A DNA stretch of 64,000 nucleotides from a virus: the IMG/VR virus record IMGVR_UViG_3300033144_003384, positions 1 to 64,000 of that record, one strand, 5' to 3'. Positions 42,428-51,927 of this stretch are shown in pieces (within the stretch, counting starts at the first letter, position 1; the number at the start of each line of letters is the position of its first letter). Position numbers and translations under genes: made by a program. Under the pieces are notes generated by a model. It was given only the letters and a program-made list of their open reading frames with translations, searched no databases and was not told where the DNA came from.

Positions 42428-42524
42428 AGGAGAGGCTCCTGACAAAGCCCAAGGCCCCGGATGCGTGTCCCCCCCGCAGGCATTCTGCGGCCGCCCCTTC
42501 TATCCTGTCAGGGGTCTCTTCTTC
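42428..42524 (+). ncRNA. Candidate ~97-nt sRNA: multibranch fold with C-rich linkers
   Basis: TTGACA(42393)-17-TATCCT(42416); closing stem AGGAGAGGCTCCTGACA/TGTCAGGGGTCTCTTCT with G-U pairs on the plus strand. Confidence 0.65.
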
Positions 42525-42594
42525 TGTCTTGACTTGTCTTGCCGAGTTGCTATAATGAACTCCTGTAAGGCTCTAGACGATTAGGAGTTAGCCG

Positions 42595-43005
42595 ATGAAT
42601 TTGAGCCCAATTACGCTCGTAGGTAATGCAACTGCCGACCCCGAGGTCACTACGACCCCAGCCGGACACAAGAAGGTCACCTTCTCCGTCGCTGTTGAGC
42701 ACCGTTACAAGCAAGGGGAAGAGTGGGTATCGAAGCCTTCCTTCTTCAATGTTGTGACGTGGCGTCAGACTGCCGACCGTGTCGAAATGCTGCTTGAGAA
42801 AGGTATGGGCGTCATCGTGACGGGCCGCCTTGATCAAAGATCGTGGGAGAATGACGAGGGCCAGAAGAGGTCATTCGTTGAGGTTGTTGCAGACAACGTT
42901 GCGATCAACGTGTGGACGGTTGATTCCGTTACGCGTCGTCAGCGTCAGTCTGCTCCTGCTGGTGCTTCCGCTCCCAGTGGTGCGCCCGCGGATTCGCCCT
43001 GGTAA
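42595..43005 (+). CDS. ssb: Single-stranded DNA-binding protein
   Basis: ITLVGNATADPE, FFNVVTWR, KGM.VIV.GRL.QRSWE, acidic DSPW tail. Confidence 0.95.
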   Translation: MNLSPITLVGNATADPEVTTTPAGHKKVTFSVAVEHRYKQGEEWVSKPSFFNVVTWRQTADRVEMLLEKGMGVIVTGRLDQRSWENDEGQKRSFVEVVADNVAINVWTVDSVTRRQRQSAPAGASAPSGAPADSPW

Positions 43006-43137
43006 CGAGTCAGCTCGAATAGGGAATAAGGGGCCCCGTGAGGGCCCCTTCTCTTTGCCCTCAGGGCACACTTGACTTTTCTGTAAATTTGGGCTACAAT
43101 ACGTAGCAAGGACGCCACAGAAAGTAGGGAGAGACAC

Positions 43138-43857
43138 ATGAGAAGGTATTTGCTATTAGGGGCAGCGATCTTGGCGATAGTCGTATCGACTTTGCCCGTG
43201 TTGGCTGCGACCACGGAAGAATGCCGGGGATACAGCAACCACAGTGGGGAAATTCCCGGTCGTTATGACGTTGCTTACTTCTTTGAAAATGGTCACAACA
43301 ACAATGAGTGGATCGGCCCTATCGTCGTTCCGGATGGTGGGCTGAGCTATCCGCCACCTACCGGACGTAGGTCGTGGGACACAGTCAAAAAGTGCTACGT
43401 CACGGTGACAACCACGACCACCACCGAACCGCCAACTACGACGACGACGGTGTCGGACACGACCACCACCGAACCGCCAACCACTACGACGACAGAACCA
43501 CCGACAACCACAACAACAGTGCCGAACACAACAACTACAACGGTGCCGGACACAACAACAACAACAACAACAGTGCCGAACACAACTACGACGACGGAAT
43601 CGCCAACGACCACAACAGTTCCCGATACGACCACAACGACAGACCCGCCAGCGACTACCACAACGATTCTTCCCGAGAAATGTGATGACGGTCTTGTTGT
43701 GAACGCCAACGGGGAGTGCGAACTCCCGGCAACAGGTTCGCCAGACATGAGCCTTTGGGCAGGGGTCGGCATGGTTGCCCTTTTGGTTGGAATATTGCTT
43801 CTAGCCTTGGGACGCAACAGGAGACTCAGCGAACAAGAACGGGTTGACATTACGTAA
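43138..43857 (+). CDS. Thr-rich sortase-anchored (LPXTG) surface protein
   Basis: Signal peptide (VLA-AT), Thr/Pro stalk, LPATG, hydrophobic helix, RNRR tail. Confidence 0.85.
   Translation: MRRYLLLGAAILAIVVSTLPVLAATTEECRGYSNHSGEIPGRYDVAYFFENGHNNNEWIGPIVVPDGGLSYPPPTGRRSWDTVKKCYVTVTTTTTTEPPTTTTTVSDTTTTEPPTTTTTEPPTTTTTVPNTTTTTVPDTTTTTTTVPNTTTTTESPTTTTVPDTTTTTDPPATTTTILPEKCDDGLVVNANGECELPATGSPDMSLWAGVGMVALLVGILLLALGRNRRLSEQERVDIT
43400..43665 (+). repeat. Coding Thr-rich tandem repeats (TTTTEPP / TTTTVP[DN])
   Basis: ACN codon runs within the LPXTG gene. Confidence 0.9.
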
Positions 43858-43878
43858 CTTGCTTGCTATGCTAGAGAC

Positions 43879-43968
43879 AAGCACCTAACGGTGTGGGTGA
43901 GTCCCAGTGACTGATCCTCCTTTCTCGGAAGCGGAGGGGCCTTAGCGGGCCCCTTCTTCCGTTCCGGG
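43879..43968 (+). ncRNA. Candidate ~90-nt sRNA with exposed anti-SD GATCCTCCTTTCT
   Basis: TTGACA(43844)-17-TATGCT(43867); hairpins GCACC/GGTGT and TGGG/CCA-type, long 3' hairpin; no convincing ORF. Confidence 0.65.
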
Positions 43969-43993
43969 GTATTTACGGCTAGACTGCACGATT

Positions 43994-44953
43994 ATGCAAT
44001 CCTGGCTAACACACGCAGAATCATGGCCTGCCGTAAACGCTCGCGGCGGTGCTATCAATGGAACTCCATTTCAAGAAGGCCCTACTCGCGTTGCCGTAGA
44101 CACTTCGAACGCCGTCTCCGTACGGATAGCCGCACTGTCTTATGGCGAGAGCGGACGAGTACCGCACTTCACACTTGACGCAACCACGGAAACCGTGGCA
44201 CAACATCTCGACATTCAGCTTGCTCCCGTGAGTGTTACTGATTTTCCGGTTGAGCCCCACAGGTTCGGTCACAACATTTGGGTTACTGTCCTTACTCCCG
44301 CAGGGGAAACGCCTACAGCGAAAGAGTCAATGTGGCTGGGTGGCGAAGTCGCGAAAATCGCAGCCGCCGCAGGCTCGCTCACCGAGCTGTATAGTGGCGA
44401 TCCGATGGGTGTCGGCGAATGGTTGCGATTCGAAGGAGTTGCGTTTACTTCCGAAGTTCCACTCACGCATGCAAGCGATACGCGTGTCGACAAGGACATG
44501 TTCCTCCTCGGTCTTTATGGCAGTCCCGTTGCCTCGGGATTTGAGATTTCAGACGAAGACATTTCGCCTACTGTCGCCCAAACTTTGGAAGAAATCGAAA
44601 ACGGTGACGTTACTACTGTTACGTCGATCGAAGAGTTCAGGGCTGCGCTCGATGATGTTGATACGATCGAGACGGAGACGATCATGGTCACCCCGGTAGT
44701 CAACGAACCAACTGCTGTTGCGACAAACGAAGAGACTGTTCTCGGCAAATTCCCTGGTCGCAAAGTCCAAGTTGGGTCCGGCGGCAAAGCGGTTGCCACC
44801 ATGAAAGAAGCATTCGGCTTAGGCAAAGGCAAGTTCGATGAAGAGCTTGAAGATCACGTAAAGATGATTCAGGAACTGGCTGATCTTCACGTGGACGGCG
44901 TGGTAGATTCTGACACCTGGGCAGCAATTGACACACACCTCCTGGAGGAGTAA
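43994..44953 (+). CDS. Degenerate amidase-like protein with C-terminal peptidoglycan-binding domain
   Basis: VPHFTLD...VAQH; C-terminal VK.IQ....L.VDGVV...TWAAI; expected Zn-binding His absent. Confidence 0.6.
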   Translation: MQSWLTHAESWPAVNARGGAINGTPFQEGPTRVAVDTSNAVSVRIAALSYGESGRVPHFTLDATTETVAQHLDIQLAPVSVTDFPVEPHRFGHNIWVTVLTPAGETPTAKESMWLGGEVAKIAAAAGSLTELYSGDPMGVGEWLRFEGVAFTSEVPLTHASDTRVDKDMFLLGLYGSPVASGFEISDEDISPTVAQTLEEIENGDVTTVTSIEEFRAALDDVDTIETETIMVTPVVNEPTAVATNEETVLGKFPGRKVQVGSGGKAVATMKEAFGLGKGKFDEELEDHVKMIQELADLHVDGVVDSDTWAAIDTHLLEE

Positions 44954-45107
44954 TCGTGGAAAAGGAATACGACTATTTGAACCCTCCCCCCGAGGGCATT
45001 CCTGCTGATCCTCTGCCTGCCTGGAAGCAGGAGGGAGAAGCAGATGACACGGAGAAATGGGACTGGTCGGACACGCCGCCTAACCCAACAGAAGGGAGGG
45101 CCGAGTA

Positions 45108-46112
45108 ATGGGTTACGAACACTCTTCACTTCTTTGGCTTCCCGACGCAATGCGTGCCGAGGGTCTGAACGTAATTGAACTCGATGGCTGGAAAGAGAAC
45201 GAGCAGGGCTACTACTGGTCACGCCTTCGCGAGAGTGACGGCAGGCAGGTTCACGACGGCTACATCGGCGATCCTCGTGGCTGGGTTTGGCACCACACGG
45301 CCACAAACGGATACACCCCATTTGTGAAAAACGGCCTGGGCCAGACGAAGGCAAATATTTTCATGGGCATGTGGCAGGGTGGATCGAACTACAGGCTGTA
45401 CAACAGTGATGCCGGGCAGCCGACCGCTGTCATTGTCTCGGCTGGCCCCTCTGATTACAGCAACGGATCGGGATATAAGCCAGTGCTTATAGATCACGTT
45501 GAAGCCGACATAAGGTTCTACGGTCCCCAGAAGAATTCAGACTCGTATCCGAAGTTCTACGGAAACCGCTTTATGGGTGGCACCGAAATCGTTCACCCCG
45601 GTAACGGAAGTCCCGTAAACCAAGGCGTGTTCCGTATGGCCTACATTACGGCGTCGCTTCTTTCAGAACATTACGAGTGGTCGATTTATCGAAACATCGG
45701 CCACCTGGACTGGAGTCGCAGAAAAATTGATCCAAGATTTGAACAGGGTTCGCCCTACACGATGGGCCTATTCCAAGACGCGGCAGAAGGCTTCACAGCC
45801 GGAACAGTTACACCGCCACCAACAGAACCAATTCCACCCCCGACAGGAGACTACGAGATGCATACAGTCGTGAGAGGCGACGGGTACAACAGCAAGGGCA
45901 CGGCAGAGAAGCGCCCTACGGTGAAGGCAGCACAGCTGATGCTTGCCCACTGGGGCTTCGCTGACAAGAGGTCCGAAGACGGTACTTGCGCAGCAGATGG
46001 CATTTTCGGTTCTGGTACGGAGTCCGCAGCCAAGAACTTCCAGGTCGCCAAGGGCCTCGTTGTTGACGGCAAGGTCGGTCCGGTTACCTGGGCACAACTA
46101 GAAAGCTGGTAA
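45108..46112 (+). CDS. Endolysin: N-acetylmuramoyl-L-alanine amidase with PG-binding domain
   Basis: VWHHTA, GTE, IGHLDWSRRKIDP; DGIFG.GT......FQ..KGLVVDGKVGPVTW. Confidence 0.9.
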   Translation: MGYEHSSLLWLPDAMRAEGLNVIELDGWKENEQGYYWSRLRESDGRQVHDGYIGDPRGWVWHHTATNGYTPFVKNGLGQTKANIFMGMWQGGSNYRLYNSDAGQPTAVIVSAGPSDYSNGSGYKPVLIDHVEADIRFYGPQKNSDSYPKFYGNRFMGGTEIVHPGNGSPVNQGVFRMAYITASLLSEHYEWSIYRNIGHLDWSRRKIDPRFEQGSPYTMGLFQDAAEGFTAGTVTPPPTEPIPPPTGDYEMHTVVRGDGYNSKGTAEKRPTVKAAQLMLAHWGFADKRSEDGTCAADGIFGSGTESAAKNFQVAKGLVVDGKVGPVTWAQLESW

Positions 46113-46119
46113 TCCCGAC

Positions 46120-46452
46120 ATGTGGGGAACTGGGCTCAGGCTGGTAGTTGCCTTTGCGTGGCTGACGGCTGGCTTTGTTTATTGGCGCGCCTATCGGTTC
46201 GAAACCACCACGGTATTCCGTCCCATGCGAATATATGCAGTTGGGGTGTCCTTTGCGTGGGGAATCTGGGAAGGGTACATCGGGATATATGGCGGGCTCT
46301 TGGGGCACGACCTTCCCGAAGCGGTGAAAAATGGGTCGATTACTCTCGGCTTACTGGTCTCTACGGTGGCATACTTCTTGTTGGCTGGGTACATTACCCA
46401 CAGGGTCGTACAGGCTTACTTCCCTCCCGACATGGAGGACGATGATAGCTAG
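46120..46452 (+). CDS. Three-TM membrane protein in lysis cassette
   Basis: Three hydrophobic segments; follows endolysin. Confidence 0.65.
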   Translation: MWGTGLRLVVAFAWLTAGFVYWRAYRFETTTVFRPMRIYAVGVSFAWGIWEGYIGIYGGLLGHDLPEAVKNGSITLGLLVSTVAYFLLAGYITHRVVQAYFPPDMEDDDS

Positions 46453-46892
46453 TGTTGGAACAATTTGGCGATCAGCTAATAGCCGTAGTTGTCGCACTCG
46501 TCGGTCTTGGCGGTGCGGCTTTTGTCGGACGTTCTACCAATCGCAAACTCGATCGTGAGGGTGCCGACGCAATCTCGCGTGCCGCGGTGCAGCTTGTCGA
46601 TCCACTAGAGCAACGCCTCGACAGGTCGGACAGCGAGAACGAGGGGCTTCGCATGAGGATTACCGCCCTTGAGGCAGAGGCCAGAGACCTCGAAACATTC
46701 CGATTTGAGAATCAGCACTTGCGTGAACGCGTGAAGTATTTGGAGATGCAAGTTGATCTCTTGAGGGAGCGCGCCGACTATCGTGAGGAGTTGGAAAGGG
46801 CAATGGCTTCCGCCAAGGAAGAGATTGTTCTGCTCAGGGATCAGATTAGGTCTTTGGGCCATGACCCGGTAACCGAACAAGGGACTGATTGA
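46452..46892 (+). CDS. Membrane-anchored coiled-coil lysis-cassette protein
   Basis: N-terminal TM followed by long heptad region. Confidence 0.7.
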   Translation: MLEQFGDQLIAVVVALVGLGGAAFVGRSTNRKLDREGADAISRAAVQLVDPLEQRLDRSDSENEGLRMRITALEAEARDLETFRFENQHLRERVKYLEMQVDLLRERADYREELERAMASAKEEIVLLRDQIRSLGHDPVTEQGTD

Positions 46893-47143
46893 TGTCAGAC
46901 TTCGTAATTGCTCAGATTCGGACATATGTTCCGATGGGCGTTGGGATGCTTTTGTCTTGGTTGGTCGCCCAAGGAATGCTCGATGAGGCAACTTCTATGG
47001 AAGCTGTCGCAGCGATTTCCGCTGGCTTGACTGCCGTTCTCGGTGGTCTCTACTACTTTGTTGTCAGGATGGCAGCGAAGAGGTGGCCAGGCGTGGGTGT
47101 CCTTCTTGGATATAACAAAGCTCCTGCATACACAGAAGAGTAA
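46892..47143 (+). CDS. Holin
   Basis: IRTYVP..VG..L.WL...YY.VVR...KRWP..GVLLG...P.Y, typical actinophage holin. Confidence 0.85.
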   Translation: MSDFVIAQIRTYVPMGVGMLLSWLVAQGMLDEATSMEAVAAISAGLTAVLGGLYYFVVRMAAKRWPGVGVLLGYNKAPAYTEE

Positions 47144-48850
47144 CGCTAGGAGGTGGCGGATTTGTTGGGGCTTCGGCCTCAGCTTTTCCGTCTCCTTTTC
47201 CGTTTCGGGATAGCTGGCTTGAGGTCTTCGTGACGGTAGAACCTGCTGCGTCCGTCGTTGTCTAGTAATTGGTATCCAGTTAGCGCACCGTCTTTTTCGA
47301 TGAAGCGCATGATGGTCATGATGCGATTGCTTCCGTCTTTTGCTTTGACCTTGTCCCCCGGTACGAACGTGTTCATGAACACCACCCTACCATAGTGTCA
47401 AGGAATTGTCAAGCCGTTCGGTTCTTCGGGAACATCAGCGGGTTCGTAATTGAGGACGAATCCGGCACGCTCCATCGTCTCCATAGCTTCGGCCAGTTCT
47501 TCCTCTGTTGGGGGGCTCCCGAGTTCCAGAAGCTCGTCCATGGTTTTCAGTACGTCATCGACCTTGTCGCTGACTTCTTCAAGTAAGCCTTTCACATCTG
47601 CTGGCGTTGTGGTGATCCTCAGCCAGTTCAAGATTGGGCTCCTTGCGAACTTCAGGATTATGGCGAGGGCAGCAAGCAGGGCGGCTACGGTGACGAGCCC
47701 GCTTGATAGCGAGTTTAGGAGTTCCATTTGCGCAAGCCTTTCCAGTGGGTTATCAAGCTTCTTGGCCGAATTCGGTGAGGGCTCCGCCGAGCCCATGGGC
47801 TGAATCAAGGTGCAGGATGTACAGGTCTGCGACAATCTCCCACATAGCCGCTACGTCTTCCCTGACTTCGTGTTTCGATACGATTTCTCCGCATCCGATG
47901 TATTCCTCGATGGAGCCGTTTGTTCTTTCGATTGCTATGCGTTCGCCTGCTTCGCATCGCAAGGTAACCGTGCTGCCTGCCGTGACCGGAAAGGAACTTT
48001 CGTACTCCTTGGCCATTGTGTCGCGGATGTAATTGATCTCTTCTCTGGTCAAACTCATCGTATTAACAGGCTAGCCGCAGGGATTGCAACCGAGGCTTAC
48101 TTGCCTGCGAGTTTCCTAACTTGAGTTCCGCCAAGCACAACCATCGCTGATTGAACTTTCGGTCGCCCCCCAACCATGCGCGCTTCGATGGTTACACTTT
48201 CTTGAGTAATCTCAAGGGCGGATGCGAGACGAGCCCTTACATCGGACGTATAGGACATGAGAGTAGCCTCTTCGTTGATTTCCACGGTGTTGTCCCTGTC
48301 ATAGGAACATAGGCCACAGCCAATCTTCTTGCCTGGAGCTTTTCTCTTACGCAATTCCAGATGACCGCACTCCATCCAGTGCTCCCACCAGACATCGGGA
48401 TAGCCGCCAGTTCTGACGATATCGACGACTCTACGCTTTGGCGCGTGTCTTCGTGTCAAGATATTCCTCCGCGCTTTCGATGGCGTCGTAGAGGTTTTGT
48501 GACCATGGCGACATCAAGGTTTCCGACCAAGGCGTTCCGATCCAATCCGGGTATTCGACCGGGTTGCCAGAAAGGATTTGCTTTGTCGTAGGGGGAGGCG
48601 CTGCGACAACCATCTCTTGGTAGAGGGCGAGAGCTTTTTTCTGAAGTTCGTGCTGTTCGTCGACCCATTCGAAATCTCGGTCATGCGGTTCGCCTTCGAC
48701 CTTCAACATGGCACGCAACCCTGGCGAACCTTGTGGGGGAAGCCAACTTGGGTCGTCTTGATATGCCAGGAGAGCAATCATTAGTTCATCTGGCAGATGT
48801 CGGTCGGTCATAGTTTCTTTCCGGCTGAGTTCATGCTATTACCATAGCTC

Positions 48851-48963
48851 GGGTGAGGCCGCTTCGGAAGGGTTTCCCTTCCTCTTCCCTGTCCAGCCGG
48901 GGTGGCCAGAGCGAAGGGTCTGGGGTGTAGCGTTTCCTCCTTTCCGCTGCATCCCAGGCTCTT
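48851..48963 (+). ncRNA. Candidate two-hairpin sRNA (6C/cuckoo-like) with anti-SD loops
   Basis: Hairpin 1 48857-48907 loop TTTCCCTTCCTCTT; hairpin 2 48914-48963, 19 bp, loop TTTCCTCCTTTC; -10 TACCAT at 48840. Confidence 0.75.
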
Positions 48964-49483
48964 ACTTATCGGGAGTCTTGGGGCGCTCAATCTGGATGCG
49001 CTCAACCTCCCCCTTCGTTTCCACAGGAACCCATGCTTGACTATATTTGTGTTCTTTCATCTTTTTGCGCTTCAGCAAGTCGCCTTCAGCTAGCACCTGG
49101 AATTCGTCCACAGTCATATTGAGGATCATGCGCAGTTCGTCTGTGCTGTACTTTTTGCTGCGCACTACACGCTTGATGAGTCGGGATAGGTCTTTCGCCA
49201 CTATCTGTCCTCGTCCGCGGTTGAGCTGTACGTGCTTCAACATGGCATTGATCTCTGGGCCACACAGCCACACAACAGGTATAGGAAGGATCGACGGTTC
49301 GTCTTGCGCTATAAGCCACCGCGCATATCCGTCAATGATGTAGCCGTCCTCATGGGCCACGATTGGCGCAAGCCATCCGGCTTTTAGCGAGGCCGTCAAT
49401 ACCTTCAAGTCTGGTCGAAGAATATGGGTAGTTCTCCAGGGGGCTGGTTTTAGGTTCTCTGGCTGCACATATTCAATGTTCAT
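48962..49483 (-). CDS. IbrB-like ParB/Srx-domain protein
   Basis: LKPAPW...GWLAPIV...IIDGYARW...HVQLNRGRG. Confidence 0.8.
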   Translation of the reverse strand: MNIEYVQPENLKPAPWRTTHILRPDLKVLTASLKAGWLAPIVAHEDGYIIDGYARWLIAQDEPSILPIPVVWLCGPEINAMLKHVQLNRGRGQIVAKDLSRLIKRVVRSKKYSTDELRMILNMTVDEFQVLAEGDLLKRKKMKEHKYSQAWVPVETKGEVERIQIERPKTPDK

Positions 49484-49804
49484 TCCGATTCCTTCAACCA
49501 TCCGCAGTTCTTGCAATACTCGCCACCTGAGACGAGTTCGTTCGACATGTCAATCCATTCGTGTTCTGAGCAATCATCGAGGACGAGGTGACGTTTAGTG
49601 GAGTCGATTGCTGCCCACAGTTCGTATGACTTTTTGCACACAAGGTGAGTACACAGCTCATACACGTCACAGACCATTCCAACGGAATACTGGCCTAGCT
49701 CGATCACGTTCAGTAAGGCTGTGATGGACTCGTTATTGGGGTCGATTCCTTCTTTGTCCCATAGCGGATCGTCGTAGGTTGCCGAAAAGCGAACGGGTTT
49801 CTTT

Positions 49805-50200
49805 TTACTTCTCTTGAAGCCCATAGGTTCCTTCATAATCTACATAAACGAGATGCGGGATGCGTTTCGTTGCGAGCAGCTTGATCATGCCTTTTGTGCC
49901 GTGGCTTTCTCCGTCCCACAGGACGAACGCGAAGTCGGGCGGGACGTTCACCATTTCGTTGTTGCGAATATGTCCTGCCTTTTTGCCGTACTTATTCCAG
50001 TCGGCTGGCATGTACAAAATCTCATGCTTGTGGGAAAGGGCCCAGTGCTCGCCCGAAGTGTCTACGCCCCCGGCTGTGCCGGAGATGATTACGTGTTGCG
50101 TGTAGAGACGCTGTTCGGAGTCTAACGACCCGAGGGCGTGGTCGATTAGGCGCACTGGTGCGTATCGGTTTCGGCTGCCTGCGATAAGGAATCTTGCCAT
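49805..50200 (-). CDS. SLOG / YspA-like (DUF2493) protein
   Basis: IAGSR, IISG.A.GVD, PADW.KYGKKAG.IRN.EM, WDGES.GT..MI. Confidence 0.9.
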   Translation of the reverse strand: MARFLIAGSRNRYAPVRLIDHALGSLDSEQRLYTQHVIISGTAGGVDTSGEHWALSHKHEILYMPADWNKYGKKAGHIRNNEMVNVPPDFAFVLWDGESHGTKGMIKLLATKRIPHLVYVDYEGTYGLQEK

Positions 50201-50251
50201 AGCCAAACCCTACCCGATCGTCAAGGAAATGTCAACACGTACGGTAGTGTT

Positions 50252-51415
50252 CTATACGGTATCGTCGAGGAGGTCCATGTTGTTGGCATCCATGACCTCC
50301 TGGTGAGCGACACGCATTGTGTTCGCCCTTGTCTTGGGGCCGACCGGGGTAGGGGATGACACGAAAAACTCATTCAGCAACAGTGTTCGAATCAAATGAT
50401 CCAGTGGGTACGAATACGGGTCTGTGACGTGTTTCTTGCGGTACTTCGACACGAATACCTTCGCCCCTTTCTGTAGGCCAGGGGTCAACATATTCTCTTC
50501 AATGCACATCTTCACGCCATCCCATCCGAATGATCCGTACGTTTCGATGAGGGCCTGGACGTCAAACTCCCCCCACAGTCTGCGCTGTGCGTCGATCTGG
50601 GGGAACGCCGTAACGAGCCTGTCGTAGAACTCCGGTTCCGTAACAACAACGTCGTTGAGCCTGCGCGCAGCGATTGAGTGCAACGGAATTCCGACCCTTG
50701 GATTTGCTGTCGTCATATCGGCGTAGTCGTAGAAGGCACAGTAGTCGGCACCGTGTTCGTCAATGATGAATTTCATGACGTCATCCGACGTCCAGTCGTA
50801 GATGATTTTGGCAAACCTGAGCGGTACGGCTTTCGACATCCGATATGGGCGATTGATGTAGTTCTCGTGGAGCTTCTGTGTCACGGACCTGTATCGGATC
50901 ATCGACTCGTTGGCGCGTACCCCCGTGATGAAGGCGGTCATGCCCTCTTTGCCCTGCATCGTGTAGTAGTCCACGGATTTCGGAACAGGCTTGTTGCGAT
51001 CAAGCCCAAAGTCGGATGCCATGATGGCCCCCTCTGGGATTGGCCGGACAAGGCGGCCTTCGGCTTCTCTCTGCGCTGACCACAGCAGAACGTACTCTCG
51101 CCTGCCAAGCACCCAAACTTCTTGCCCCATTGGGAGGCAATACCATTCGAGGTCGATCCAGCTATAATCACGTACACGTTCAATGAAGTCGATTACGGAA
51201 GGCGAAACCATTTCTTCGTCTCGGAAGATGACCTTGACTGGCCCCAGCCCGCGTTCTTCGTGTATCTCTTTGGCAAGATAGATAACAGCAGTGGAGTCTT
51301 TGCCGCCAGAGAATTGGACAGCAACGGTGTCGAATGTGTCGTAGACGTGCCGGATGCGTTCCCGAGCAGCCTTTAGGACGTTTGTGTGGTCCAGGAATAG
51401 CCGTTTCCGAGCCAT
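50252..51415 (-). CDS. IbrA-like PAPS-reductase-family protein
   Basis: NV..AARERI...FD...V.FSGGKDS, F.DEE, GVRANES..R, IYDW...DV. Confidence 0.88.
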   Translation of the reverse strand: MARKRLFLDHTNVLKAARERIRHVYDTFDTVAVQFSGGKDSTAVIYLAKEIHEERGLGPVKVIFRDEEMVSPSVIDFIERVRDYSWIDLEWYCLPMGQEVWVLGRREYVLLWSAQREAEGRLVRPIPEGAIMASDFGLDRNKPVPKSVDYYTMQGKEGMTAFITGVRANESMIRYRSVTQKLHENYINRPYRMSKAVPLRFAKIIYDWTSDDVMKFIIDEHGADYCAFYDYADMTTANPRVGIPLHSIAARRLNDVVVTEPEFYDRLVTAFPQIDAQRRLWGEFDVQALIETYGSFGWDGVKMCIEENMLTPGLQKGAKVFVSKYRKKHVTDPYSYPLDHLIRTLLLNEFFVSSPTPVGPKTRANTMRVAHQEVMDANNMDLLDDTV

Positions 51416-51927
51416 TCTTTACCGTCCTTGACATATACCACGGGTTGTTCGTGGTCCTTTAGGTCTATGGCAATATCCCTCAAGATGGTTTCCCAGAACT
51501 TTTCGTGATCCCCAAAGTCGGGGTCGTCGGGGATATAACTGATCCCGATGCTGCACGGTTCTTTAGTCCAACCCAAAATCTTATCATCGTCGTCGACGTA
51601 GATTTCGTGAAGGTTGTCGTCGTGCCAGGTGCTGCTTTCGGTTTCCGTGATGTTGCGAACGATTCCGTAACGCCAACGCATCAGAGTCCTTCCGGTACGT
51701 GCATGATGGACGGGGTGCCCTCTCCTGCCCATAAGCATTCGATGTTATGTCCGTAATAGTCCAAGGCTTCCTCGTAGGACTGGCCTTCGTTGATCAAGAT
51801 AGTAATGATCTTCTCGTAAGAGTATACCACACGAGTTGGCTGCGTATGGGTGTGCGCAATTCCAAGAATAGCGTCGTCGAGCCCGTCGAAAACGATTAGC
51901 TCTTCTTCGGATATGTTTGCGTATTCG

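Noticed and set aside
43395-43850. Val-rich minus-strand ORF
   Set aside because: Antisense shadow of the Thr-codon repeats in the LPXTG gene.
48808-49093. ORFs 48808-49005 and 48902-49093, or a minus-strand RBS GAAAGGAGG at 48944
   Set aside because: No start codon at a usable distance from the RBS, and the G-U pairs favour a plus-strand RNA.
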